A DNA stretch of 63,971 bases, filler included, from Basidiobolus ranarum (lineage: Eukaryota), in assembly GCA_040143965.1 (NCBI GenBank). It is 3 parts of 3 records of this genome, joined end to end, with 100 filler letters (N's around TTAATTAATTAA, not from the genome) between each part and the next. Parts side by side here need not be neighbours in the genome. Positions count along the whole stretch, not along the records: positions 1 to 23,176 come from JASJQH010007047.1; 2 more parts are not named here. One strand, written 5' to 3'. The notes under the pieces were generated by a model that did not search any database, was not told the DNA's origin, and was given only the letters and a program-made list of their open reading frames with translations. Of the stretch, positions 11,159 to 23,276 are shown piece by piece (position 1 is the first letter of the stretch; each line of letters starts with the position of its first letter). Both the position numbers and the translations under genes were made by a program.

Positions 11159-12506
11159 TCATAGCAACTCATGCATCATAGGGTTGGAATTCAGCTCTTC
11201 ATCCGGTTGCAAAGAGCTGAAGGGTTGCAATGAATAGTTATCATTTAACTTATTAAATTCTGCGCTAATCCATTCCTTCTCCACCCGAAAATACACCCAC
11301 AACCAACGTCGAAGTATCTCTGCCGCTTCTAAGATGAATCCACCTGCGATCAAATCCTCAGATTTCATATTTTCTGACAATTTTAAGGACCACGTAGTAC
11401 GAAGAAAGAAATCGATGAATATTGAAATATAATATACTGGTTCACGATACATCAATACATCTCTAAGCTCTATCATTCTGGATTTCTTGGAAGTGGAAAA
11501 GGTAACACAGAGATCCCAATCCATAACAACATCCCAATAAAACGAGTAAAGTGAGTTGAAGATCACTGCCAATAGCCTAAAGGAGATGTCAGACGTATGG
11601 ACAAATGGATATATATAACGATGAACACTACCAGATCGAAAATAGATGGCTATCCTCTTGAGATGGATTATGCATTGACGCGGAGAGAAAAATGACGGGG
11701 AATGCGGAGGCGTATTTGCCAGCATTAGCTAATGACTTGTATCCAGTACCCTTGGAAGTTAAATACTCAGATATACATTGACGAAAGCGGAAAATAAATG
11801 GAAGACTAAGTAAAGTATTGGTTAAGAGCTAAGTTGTTAATTCATTCTTGTAGGATGGCACTCAGCTTACACGCTTACCTCGTTATGAGGGGTCCCATAA
11901 CAAGCAATTCAAAAGAATGATGTATATAGTCAGAAACCAACGTGTTGGAGTTTGACGACGCAAAGAATGCGCAAAAGGCAAAAAATACTCCCACAATGAC
12001 TTTTGCAAAGCTGGTAAGTATATCTGCTAAAATGATGTCCCCAAAAGAAGGCTCAGAACGAATAGGAGAATATACAACTCTAATTAAGGAGCTATAAACC
12101 CCAAAGTAAAAAAACGGATTTTAGTCAGTTTTCCTTCTTCCAAAGATAACAGCCCATGTGGATACCTTAAAAAACTATATCGTTTTTTCTTATAAAGTAT
12201 ATTGAAAGGGCAAATCGTCAAGAAGATTAGCACACTGTAACACACACCAGTCACAACGAGTCCCTTATAATTAAACTTCGCTGCGTACCAGAATAGGTTT
12301 AAAAATACCAAAGTAATGGAGGTGAAAACCAGAGCTATTTTATAGAACACTCTATGAGCTTGTTCGTCGGTTTTCTTGAAGCCAAATAGAACTTGAACAT
12401 CTATGCCAGCTTTGTTCAAAAGTTGAACATTCAAACCCCAGCACCAAATGCCTAAATCTATCAAAAACAATGTACGATATTCAAAGGGTATAAATGAGTC
12501 CGCCAT
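11159..12506 (-). CDS. ERD1: EXS-family membrane protein (Erd1-like), multi-exon
   Basis: N-terminal LIDLGIWCWGLNV, a middle exon FGDIILADILTSFAKV, then FRFRQCISEY...HXLMLA and NSLYSFYWDVVMDWDL...LRTTWSLKLS...EILRRWLWVYFRVEKEW. No SPX domain. Confidence 0.85.
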
Positions 12507-12921
12507 GACTGCTTTATTCGTAGTCCAAGTAGGAAGATAGGAATATAAGCATCCTTCAGGGGCACAATGCGAATGTTGTAGTTAATCAAAGAAGCCGGAG
12601 CCTAAACAACCATTGTCATGTATAACCTAACCCTAACAAGATCAGATATTGTTAAATCAATTTATCTGGAGGTGCTATAACTCTAAGCCTATATAGAGAT
12701 TGAAATTCTGATTCATTCTTAGTAATATCAGTGAGAAGGTTTGTCAATCCTAGCTTACTATAAATGTACACAGCAAGGATTATTCCCACACTGAAGTCGA
12801 TCTGTGATCTTCTCTTACTAATACTTACTTGATAATCAAGAGCTCATGGTGACACTGGCTATTACATTAATAATTCTACTGGCCTATAAAACGTGCGCTC
12901 AAGACTTAACATCAGACCAAA

Positions 12922-13426
12922 ATGTCCAGCCAACTCAATACAGTTTTTGCTCCCGAGGCTCCTGAACCAACTGGTCCATTCGGTAAGTAACTTAGCATAA
13001 ATCTCTATATAAACACACTATTCATTATGCTACTGTATCAAAGTTCACGCCATCAAGAGTGATTCTCATATCTACTGCTCAGGACAAGTTGGTTGGGACG
13101 CCAGTAAAAAGCAACTGGTACCTGGCGGCATCAAAGCTGAAACGGTAATGCTACTTTGTATTTTGAGTTCGTTTAGAGACTAACATCATACACATTAGAG
13201 ACAAGCATTAGAAAACCTCGACTATGTTTTAAAGGCCGCCGGTTCCAGCCGTGAAAGAATCACAAAGGTTAATATATTCATTTGCGATATGGCTCTCTTT
13301 TCCGAGATGAACGAGGTGTATGCAGAGTTCTTTGGCACCCACCGTCCAGCGCGTACATGTGTCCAGGTTGTTGCAACTCCAGTGAAAGGTGGCTTAATTG
13401 AAATCGAGTGCATTGCGCTCAATTAA
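12922..13426 (+). CDS. RidA/YjgF/YER057c-family enamine/imine deaminase (cytosolic, Hmf1/Mmf1-like); 3 exons, about 129 aa
   Basis: Exons 12922-12982, 13044-13144 and 13199-13426 give MSSQLNTVFAPEAPEPTGPFVHAIKSDSHIYCSGQVG...QALENLDYVLKAAGSS...MNEVYAEFFGTHRPARTCVQV...LIEIECIALN. The catalytic Arg in PAR is retained. Not in the ORF track on this strand. Confidence 0.92.
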
Positions 13427-13501
13427 GGATAAAAAGCATGTAAAGCATGTAAAGTATCTTAATCATGAAATAAACTTTATCAACAACCACGTTTAGTGAA
13501 G

Positions 13502-14283
13502 TCATTTTTCCAACAATTCTACATCGTGAATTTCAAATGAAAGTAAATTGTACTCTGTTGTATGAATGGGTGCTCCCTTAATGCTAATTCTTTTGCGGAA
13601 CATTGGTCCATCTAAAACCATGGTATGAAACTCTCCAAACTCTCCTCCCAAGTCGATTTGGTTTGCATTACGTCGAACCACTGTGTCATAAATCTCGGGT
13701 GATAACCTTTGTCCAATGAGCTTTTCTGAGTCTTGTACACCTGCACTTTTGCAACTGACACAGGAAAATATCACTTCAAAATTGTTACTAAAGATTTCTT
13801 CCAAAAGTACGTTCCTATCAATTCCCATCAGAGGCTTCCACAGGCTGACTCCAGTGCCTTCGGCAACCTTATCCATGTAACCGTCGGTAATCTCCAAAAT
13901 GTCTCCTAGAAAGGGGAGAAATTAATTACTCTTTGAAAAAAAGTAAAGGTTGGATGGCAAGGAAGAGAAGAGAAGGGGAGATTACCAGTGATTAGAACCT
14001 CAGCACCATATTTTTCTTTCAAACTTAAAATACTATTTCTATATCCTTCGAAAGGTGGGTCTCCGAAGGAAAATACTTCCAAAGGTAATTCAAGTGCTTC
14101 GGCTTGTTTCTTAATCAGTTTTAAAGGATGGGTGCTCCCCATGTAACTCAATAAGTTCTCAGATTGAAACGTCGCCAAAGCCACTACATCAAATTTGTTT
14201 TCTTGAAGTGCCTTAAATAAACTGATGCAACAATCTTTACCACCTGTAAATGAAACTACTGCTTTCTTGCGTGGAAATGTCAT
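13502..14283 (-). CDS. Stand-alone Dph6/MJ0570-like PP-loop ATP pyrophosphatase (diphthine-ammonia ligase family); 2 exons, about 233 aa
   Basis: PP-loop SFTGGKDC, then HPLKLIKKQAEALELPL, ITG|DI across intron 13985-13906, and DLGGEFGEFHTMVLDGPMF. It lacks the C-terminal YjgF-like domains of canonical fungal Dph6. Confidence 0.85.
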
Positions 14284-14533
14284 GGTCTTGGTTATATGAG
14301 AAATTGAAATATCTTCTCATATATGAATATGGCTACTTAACCAATGAATGCATTGAGATATTTCTCCTCAAGCCACCATATTCGAAAGAATTCTGAAGCA
14401 ATTATCCGTTGTTTATCAATGAGTTTAAATTTACTCAAAGTACATGGAGTATTTACATATCTTCTTGTATAAAATATAAGCCTAAATTATATACGTACGC
14501 GCTAGCTTGGAACTATATATAATCAGTGGGTAG

Positions 14534-15795
14534 TTATGGACGAGCGGTTGTAGATGAGATACGTGATGTAAATTGGCCATGATCATCTGTCGCACGTAAG
14601 TATCGTCCTATAAGGTGAAGATCGCACCAGTACACAGCAACCTCATTGTTAGATATCCAAATAACTGTATATGTGGATGAGATAAGACATTAGTGTTCTA
14701 AGGGAGATGAATGTACACTAGCTTACATTCAACGTTGATCATTCGACAATTGAGGAAGCCTGTAGAAGCAACTTGCCCCTGTCCAGAAAACACCTGCTTT
14801 TCACTAAAAAAAGTACTGGAAGGTTCGCTTAACTCATCCTCTAGATTTGCCACAAAGGTAATTTCACCGCGGGGAACGTTGACATCCCCAGTGATCTTTG
14901 ATGCCATTAGAAGTGATTCGGATACATCATATTTGAATAGTAACATTTCACACCCATGTGGTCCGTAGGTTCCAATCCAGAGTCCTTGTAAAGGTAGACT
15001 TGGAGTTGGTTGTAACTCAGCCAAGGACAGTTTGGCCAAAGAAGGGACAAACATACTGACTTGAAATCTTGAACGTTCGTGGCAATGATGTGTACACATC
15101 CAAGAAAAGCAAGACCGTTCAGATGTCTGAGAACTCTGTTGATTGGAATACTCCAACTCCCACTGTTTGGGAAAAGACACCCAAAGACTTGTCTTAGGAT
15201 GAGAGTAGAAGTGTACTTTCGATATACTAACGCTATGACGGAGTGCCAAATCATCATCTGTATCTATGCCCGTTTGCGCAGATTCCTTTCTACTTAATTG
15301 AGTAAGCAAATCGGGGTGTTGGCAACGGGTTAAAATGTTGGAAGTAATGGTATCTAAGCCTATAGAGAACAATGCTTTAAACTCAAAAGACGTATGAATC
15401 TCATCGACAAGTATATCTGGATTTGCCGATAGTATTTCCATCCTCATATCAAGTATATTGGAGCAACCAACTCTTGAGGCTACCAATTTTCCTTCTTCAG
15501 GCCTCCAGCTAACTTGTACTAACTCACCAATGATTGGAAAGTTACCAAACCACAGTCCTATTAGCCAACCCCATTTCGAAAGTAAAAGATAATGAAGACT
15601 TTTGAAGGTTTTTCCTGACCATACGCCCAGCTCTGTAACTCTATAAGGACGACAAATATTTGACCATAGCGAATCATCACTACATACCTGATTAAAGAAC
15701 TTATTTGTAACCGACAACCGGGCTAATTCCTTTGCTGGGAAGAGCTTCAGCTGGTATAAAAGTAGCTCTTGCGGTAAATCAGCCAATCTTGGCAT
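14534..15795 (-). CDS. F-box protein with C-terminal FBXO31-like (Cyclin D1-binding) domain; 2 exons, about 399 aa
   Basis: N-terminal F-box LADLPQELL...LSVTNKFFNQVCSDDSLW. C-terminal GLWIGTYGPHGCE...SKITGDVNVPRGEITF...GQGQVASTGF. Intron 14726-14665, last exon FIWISNNEVAVYW...TARP*. Confidence 0.85.
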
Positions 15796-16221
15796 GGCTC
15801 TTTCTTACGTGTGTATATTTTCGCGAATACTCCGCTAATCAGGTAGTTGACTTTACACGCTTTACTCTTCCTCTCCTCCCTATTGTTAATATTTTGTAAG
15901 TGAATGTACAGGTGGTGATACGATTGTGAAAAAGGAAATAGTTGTCCCACCTCATCAATCAAGTCACGGTATATATTTATATATTCTAGTCCTAGTTAAA
16001 TGCATCATTACATAGATCTCTCTCTTCTCCTCAAAAATAGTTACGTAACTTTGATCGAATCGATCATAAGTTTGATTTAATATATAGTAGGGGACTCACA
16101 AATCAATCAGAGATCATGAAACTCGTTGTAGAGATCTTCTAATGCTGAGAAGCCTTGATGATTTATTTTCTCTAAACTTGATAGTGAAAAGATTGTTTAC
16201 TTTAAGCAATATACATATGTA

Positions 16222-17162
16222 TCACAGCTCCTCCCAGATTATTTTTACTTTGCGGTTCCAGTATTCGTCGAATAATTTTTGGCAGTTCTCTTGTCCCTGC
16301 ACCCAGCAACCGGCAAAATGAACTAGAAAATCTCCTTCCTGGAAACAATGTTCTTCCAGGCCGTAGCAAGCACCTGGCGGGAAAGCGTTGAACCTTCTTT
16401 GGGGTATAATATAGAAATGCTCAGCCACTGCGGTATCAGATTCAAATAAATGCTGCATAGCTCCTTGTTCTTGGTATCCAAATCTATTATGGAAAGCAGG
16501 ACTGTAGAGTCTTTTCAGGAAATCTATGGACCATTCTGAGTTTCTTATCATGAAGCTTCCAGCGTTAAATCCATTACAATCATATGACATGATGACATCT
16601 TTGTTTGCAAATCGTGGATGTCGAGTTCCTCCCAGTATGTGGTCTTCTAAAGCATAGTAAGGATCCAATATTATCGTATCCAAGTCTATCCACCAGAACC
16701 ACTTGATCTTAGGGTATTGTCTCATAAATTTACGTAAACTGGCAATCTTGCCCCAAACCTTGAATAAACGAAATAAGAGAATCATGAGTTGTGTGTTAAG
16801 AATATGTTGGTCATTTTACTTTGAGAACTTACAGCCGGCTTTCCAGAGTCGTGAACACCATCCTGAAGAAACTTGTAACCATGAAGTTTAGCATAGTCTT
16901 CTTTATCCTCAACTGAACGAGGTAGGTAATAACTTTGATGATTATCGAAGGCCATAAGGATGGCTATCTCCGAAGGTTTCACCTTTGGTAAAGTTCCATT
17001 TCTGAAATACTCTGACTCGACATTCCACCTCAAAGTTCTGGAATTATTGGAATCAGAAGTCGCCTTGTCCACTTGATGATATATTGTGTAAAAAAGACAT
17101 ATCAATAAGAATATCGACAGTAGGGAGATAAAGCCTTCTTTAAAATATTTATTGAACTTCAT
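16222..17162 (-). CDS. Glycosyltransferase family 34 (Mnn10/Gma12-like), copy A; intron 16832-16759
   Basis: Type II membrane anchor, YAKLHGY, PA|VWGKI, WFWWIDLDTII (DxD), GFNAGSFMIRNSEWS, QEQ and GDFLVHFAGC. Confidence 0.9.
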
Positions 17163-17409
17163 TGTTGGTTGGAAAAGCGAGAATTCCAAGACTCATTACC
17201 CCGCAACTCACGGCCTTGAGAGAAAAGTATCGCAGCAATTTCGATTATTGTATTAATGGATCTGTCAGCCTTTCCACAGTTGGATACATTTCCACCTTGA
17301 ACCAATCATCCACTATTCTAGAACCTGAAATGGAAAGAGTAGGCACGTAATTAGGCGTAGTAATTAATGAAGTACAATAGTTCAATGAGGTGTCGAGAAC
17401 TCCGGGTAT

Positions 17410-17481
17410 TGCTTCTAAACTTTATCGACTCATATTACAAACATGTTGAACTGTACCAATAGCCACCAAAATCAATAAAAC
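17410..17481 (-). pseudogene. Relic of the 3' exon of the neighbouring RING-CH gene, carried along in the GT34 tandem duplication
   Basis: 17410-17443 matches 18919-18952, and 17449-17481 matches 18979-19011 (aactgt[a/g]ccaatagccaccaaaatcaataaaac). Confidence 0.85.
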
Positions 17482-17562
17482 TCTTGCATTGTACTATGTA
17501 TAAATACTTTATTCTACTTTTTATGGTAAACGGATTGTTTTCTTGGAGGATATATCTATGTA

Positions 17563-18487
17563 TCACAGCTCATGCCAGATGATTTTAATTCTGCGGTTCC
17601 AGTATTCGTCAAATAGTTTTTGGCAGTTCTCTTGTCCCTTCACCCAGCAACCCGCAAAATGAACTAGAAAATCTCCTTCCTGGAAACCATGTTCTTCTAC
17701 ATTGGGATAGTTACCTGGAGGGAATGCGTTGAACTTTCTTTGGGGTATAATATAGAAATGCTCAGCTACCGTGGTATCAGATTCAAATAAATGCTGCATA
17801 GCTCCTTGTTCTTGGTACCCAAATCTATTATGAAATTCTGGGCTATAAAGCCTTTTCAAGAAATCCAAAGACCATTCTGAATTCCTTATCATGAAGCTTC
17901 CAGCGTTAAATCCGTTAAAATCATACGCCATAATGACATCTTTGTTTGCAAATCGTGGATGTCGAGTTCCTCCCAGTATGTGGTCTTCTAAAGCATAGTA
18001 AGGATCCAATATTATCGTATCCAAGTCTATCCACCAGAACCACTTGATCTTAGGGTATTGTCTCATAAATTTACGTAAACTGGCAATCTTGCCCCAAACC
18101 TTGAATAAACGAAATAAGAGAATCATGAGTTGTGTGTTAAGAATATGTTGGTGATTTCCTTTAAGAACTTACAGCCGTTTTTCCAGAGTCGTGAACACCA
18201 TCCTGAAGAAACTTGTAACCATGAAGTTTAGCATAGTCTTTTTTATCTTCAAGCGAACGAGGTAGGTAATAACTTTGATGATTATCGAAGGCCATAAGGA
18301 TGGCTATTTCCGAAGGTTCCACCTTTGGCAAAGTTCCATTTCTGAAATACTCAGGTTCGATATTCCACCTTGAAGTCTCGAAATTCTCGGAGGATGCCGA
18401 TAATTCAGTTCCGTAGAAAAACCAAATCAATAAGACTGTCGACAGTAGGATGATAAAACCCACTTTGGCCAAGATATTGAACCTCAT
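17563..18487 (-). CDS. Glycosyltransferase family 34 (Mnn10/Gma12-like), copy B; intron 18172-18100
   Basis: Same motifs and intron position as copy A, with a highly similar catalytic domain. Confidence 0.9.
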
Positions 18488-18885
18488 TGAAGGATGGAAA
18501 AGCGAGAGTTTCAAGACTCGTTACTCTCGTAACTTACCGTGTTAAAAGAAAGTATTGATAGCAAATTTGTAGATTTTTTGATAATTGGAACTTTCGACCT
18601 TTCCACCTTTGGATTTATTTCCACCTTGAACCAATCATTCATTATTCTAGAACATGTTCTGAAATCGAAGGAATAAACACGTAATGTGTGGCGAATGAAC
18701 ACCCAGTACAAATTGATGAACTACGATGTCAGTTTAATGAACATTGTCAAAAGTGTCACGAACTCCGGTTAGTGATAATACAGATATAGTAAAGATATGG
18801 TTCAAGCAAGCAAGTAAAGCTTAGAGTTAGGTATGCATATATCCACAAATATTCCAAGACAACAATTTATAATGGGTCAGTTACA

Positions 18886-20147
18886 CTAGTCGTGAACTTC
18901 CAGGATAGCAGCACCCACTGCCTCTAAACTTCGTCGACTCATGTTACGAACAATTTTGTAAACTGTCCAGAATGCTTTAACTGTGCCAATAGCCACCAAA
19001 ATCAATAAAACACCTCCGTTAAATCTGTCATCACCGCGATTGCCACCACGGAAACCACCGTTACGGTACCCAAAACCAATGATCGGAACTGGGCCACCAA
19101 ATGCAATAGTACTTACTAGAAAATGCAAAAATCCTACAACCCCTACCATAATCAACCCAAGCATCATGTGAATCAAGTCAATATTGGTCATAGAAAGGAA
19201 TGGCGCCAAGTCCTCGTAGGTAATGTTCGGGTTATCTTCATCCCAGACTTCAAAATCTTCTAATTCGCAGCTACGGAGTGCAAGCTTCACCGGAAATCCT
19301 GCCAAGAAAATAATGAATACAAACACGAGAAGACTACAGAGTGTTAGGACCACTAGAGATTAAATTCAAAGTTAATCAGAAAGTTCTCGATACATGCATA
19401 TATTTATGTCAACATCTTACATGGATTAGTTGCTGCTTTTGCCATAGTTGTTCTTTGAAAGTTGTATTTGTAGTGACAACTGTCACATTCAAAAAAGCTC
19501 TTGCCACCACTTGCCAATCTCCAACTGTTGAGACATTGTAGATGGACGTATTTCATAGTTCCTTTACATTTACAAGGTGATATAAGCTTTCCAAAGGATG
19601 GTTCATCATCCAAACCTCCATAACATATTCGACATTGTTTCTCCTCTTCCTCCGCAGCTATTTTCTCTTTCGTATCTTCGCTCTCGGCTTTCTCTTTTAT
19701 TTTCTCTTCGCCGGAATTACTCTCAGCATCTTCTGTTGTTTCCAAACGATCTGCATCACCTTTTTCCTCCGAATTTAGCAGGGGTTGAGTTTCCTCCACA
19801 CTATCCTCGTATAAATCCTCATCCTCTGAGGAAACAGGTGTCTCCAAATCCTGTTCAGAAATGAGTTTCTCTGGATCATTCAATACCTGAGGGCCCTCTC
19901 GTGTTGTTGTATTGTTCTGTAGTTTAGATTCTTCGTCACTTTCCAACTGACTGTATTCATACTTTTCTGAAGGCTTATCTTGTCCTTGGAGAGTCTCAAC
20001 TAGCCTTATGGAAGCGATGTAACCTGGCTGGTCCACAGGCAATTCAGAAAGGATTGAACTTCCTTCAAGTTCTTTATCTTTTTCGAGTATCACTTGGTCC
20101 TTTTTGGGGGTGAGTAAGTCCTTAACCAACTCCTCAGAGTCACTCAT
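18886..20147 (-). CDS. Membrane-anchored RING-CH (RINGv/MARCH-like) E3 ubiquitin ligase; intron 19420-19353
   Basis: Acidic N-terminus, C4HC3 motif CRIC...LISPCKCKGTMKYVHLQCLNSWR...CDSC, followed by about three TM helices. Confidence 0.9.
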
Positions 20148-21216
20148 TATTGAACGAATCGGTTGGCAAAGGGGCGATGATAGCTATTTAACAAATTGAA
20201 GGCGATATATGTATGAATTTTCGAAGTATGATTGTTTGATGAGCTCTCTACACTAATTAACTAGTGTTTATGGTGTCGCTAAAGCACTAATAAAAGTCAA
20301 GTCACTTGTACTCCTACGTTTTCATCCTACACCATTACACCTCATAATCAATTGGAATCTATTACTCCACGAATTAAGGTACGTTAATTGGATACATATA
20401 AGTGACTTTGAGAATTGCTTGAAGAAATGATGGATATTCTTTAGAAATCTACCTGAATCTAGACCATATAGGATAAATTTAAATATGATTACGATGAATA
20501 ACATGCCAGTATAAAAGTGACACTTGGCTTATTCCTGGGTATTGGTAAGTATAGTTGGACCGATGTATGATTAGAAATGCAAGAATTACCAAACAAAATA
20601 ACTAACACTTAATAATAGGATTTCTACCAGATGTGGTTAAATATTATCACCATTGATTCGAAGCCTTGGCAATAAGGATAGAAAATATCTGGCTAAACTA
20701 TGGGCCAAGTGAGTCGATTAATTGAATCCAGATCTGGCCCGCTCTAGATCTATTGGCAGCAGAACTTCGTGATCCAATCCTTTGTCAAAGCCAATTGGGA
20801 TTGGGCTTGGTCGCAAACAATTAACTAAATGAAGCAATTATAGTCGCACGAATGTCGCTTCCACGTCAACTCTGGATACAAAAGCGGTTAGAATCATGAA
20901 ACAAGCCATATTATTGTGGCTAAGAAACATTTCATGTTGCGAAGCTTTAGTCATGCAACTTCCATAGTCATCCATCCACAATCCCCCCAATCGCTGGTTT
21001 TGTACTAGAGATGGATAAACCAGAATTCCCTACTCAATATTTTTAACCCTGATGGCTAAAATGAAGTCCTGAGAAATCAGCGTGACTTGAGGGCCTATCC
21101 AATAGGAATTTAGAGCTCTGGATTATCTTCTCGATTGCAAACATATATGAACTAACCAAGTTCTACTCTTCAATTTTTTTATTTGTCTTACACTTTACTC
21201 AACTTGCATTTGAACA

Positions 21217-21828
21217 ATGACGCCCTTCGAACTATTTTCGACCGCACAGGACGATTTTGTCCCTAAACTTGCCACCTTAACGACAGACATGGTAGCCCAT
21301 ATGTGGTATCGCAGGGCTGAAGAAACCGACTTAAGAGCTCACTTTCAGGATTTCATTGAACAAATACTGCTCAATAGTGGCGCATCACCATCTGTGCTCT
21401 TATTAGCACTGAAATATATCCAGCGAGTAACCAAAGCCGCACAACTCCCAATCACTGGCTTTGAGCACCATATGGTTGTAGTTGCAATCATGTTAGCACA
21501 CAAAGTCTTGGAAGACGACTCGTTTACGAATATTAGTTGGTCACAGATATCTGGAATCAACGTTCAAGAGCTTACGAATTTCGAACACTCTTTTTTGATT
21601 GCCGTCAGTTTCGACTTGTTCGTTTCAGAAATTGAATATACCCAGTGGTTACTATATGTCGAGCAATATCTTAGACATAACAAGCATACTAGGGAGCTAG
21701 TTAACGTTGAAGAGGCTATCAAGGAGATAAACAAACCCGAGGAGCCCGAATATATACCCAAGAGTTGGTGGAGATGCAGAGGCATCTATGGAGAGAGAAA
21801 TGCCAGAACTCCGAGTAGTGTAGTATAG
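21217..21828 (+). CDS. Pho85-type cyclin (Pcl/Clg1/Pho80-like)
   Basis: Cyclin box FIEQIL...SVLLLALKYIQR...VAIMLAHKVLEDDSFTNISWSQISGINVQELTNFEHSFL...FDLFVS...W. Confidence 0.88.
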   Translation: MTPFELFSTAQDDFVPKLATLTTDMVAHMWYRRAEETDLRAHFQDFIEQILLNSGASPSVLLLALKYIQRVTKAAQLPITGFEHHMVVVAIMLAHKVLEDDSFTNISWSQISGINVQELTNFEHSFLIAVSFDLFVSEIEYTQWLLYVEQYLRHNKHTRELVNVEEAIKEINKPEEPEYIPKSWWRCRGIYGERNARTPSSVV

Positions 21829-22734
21829 TGCAGTATGGTTTCTTGCTCCTTACTCATATTCTAGTGTATTTTTTTCTGTAAATGACCTGTTTGATATATT
21901 TTAATTTCTCCAACTCGATTACTTTTGCATATTTCTTCCCTTCTTCACTTTCCCCTTCCCCTTTGAAAACGAGAACTTTTCTCTCACTTTCAATGGCTTC
22001 AAATTGTACTAATAGATCCCCTTTCGAAGCATTTTCAAACCTTTAATTTATGTCAATTTGATTGAAAATACCGGTTACTTCCGAATTTTGATCGTGTAAT
22101 AAGCTATGTACAACCCCAACTACAACTACCACCACAACCATATAAACATCTTCAGCTCCAATTTGTTGACTTAATATATTAGGAAGGGCAGGGATTCTTT
22201 TTTTGTTCCAATACGCTTTCATTATGGATTATTTGAAACATCCAAACTCCATATGGTTCATCTTGATTCAATTAATCCGATCTTGAACTTCATCAATATA
22301 CCTTCTTTTTGGATCTGATATTCACCCACATTTTTCCGTTATCGGTGATTTGATTGCTAATTCATCCATCTATCTCTATATTATTGGATGGCTCATCAGT
22401 GGAATTCATGGAAAATACTAGGCAAAATGAATCCATCTCACTCAGTGATCATTCGGATTTTTAGCAACTTATTATTGCCCACTTTCCACACAGATCAAAT
22501 ACTGAATGATTAATCGGTGAAGGCAAGTCCATATTTCTTAGTATTCATAAATTGGGATATGATCATAATCCAGTACTGCTAGATTGATTGGTTTATGGTA
22601 TATCATTGATGAATCGTAACCTTTAGAAATCTACAGTGATAGATTATTTGACATATGATAATATGGTGATTACAAGTTTTAACTGTTGGATAATTGATCT
22701 CTATTTAACATCTTAGTCCTTCCTCATTATTACA

Positions 22735-23176
22735 AATATGTAGAATGTGTTAAGGAAGGTCCCAGGTATTGAAGTTAGCATTGCCTAAACACCAATATAG
22801 TCATACATAGCTTTGTATTTAGTTAGTCCAAACTTCACTAAGATATCACCCATTATTCTGAGTCATAATTTACTTCCAATATTGACACCAACTTAGAAGT
22901 TCTCAAATATATAGATGTTTGAAGCTTGCACAAGAAGCCCAAAACCTTGCACACATGCTATTGGGATCTTCTTTAGGGCTGACAAAACTATAAATGTCAA
23001 CCTTCTATTCAATAAATCAATAAGGGAAAACCACTAATTTCTGTTGAAATTAGCTTTGCCTAAACACCTATATAGTCATATATAACTTAGTACTTAGTTA
23101 TCTTATAATTCACTAAGATATTATCAATTATTCTCAATTGGAATTTACTTAAAATATTGACACCAACTTAGAAGTT
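22735..23176. mobile_element. Cluster of nested LTR fragments (family B): short inverted piece at ~22735-22766, copy from 22767, second copy from 23042 cut by the contig end
   Basis: Homologous to 58554-58928 (TGTTGAAATTAGC..., atattgacaccaacttagaa, gacaaaactataaatgtcaa). Confidence 0.8.
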
Positions 23177-23276
23177 NNNNNNNNNNNNNNNNNNNNNNNN
23201 NNNNNNNNNNNNNNNNNNNNTTAATTAATTAANNNNNNNNNNNNNNNNNNNNNNNNNNNNNNNNNNNNNNNNNNNN
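23177..23276. other. Artificial contig spacer (N44-TTAATTAATTAA-N44, six-frame stop linker)
   Basis: Exact 100-bp structure, repeated identically at 46411-46510. Confidence 0.97.

Noticed and set aside
18511..18711. Upstream ORF and possible extra coding exon for GT34 copy B
   Set aside because: The candidate splice does not join the GT34 frame, and the homologous region of copy A contains a stop.
23221..23232. TTAATTAATTAA palindrome inside the gaps (piggyBac TTAA or PacI-like)
   Set aside because: It is a synthetic six-frame stop linker, identical in both gaps.
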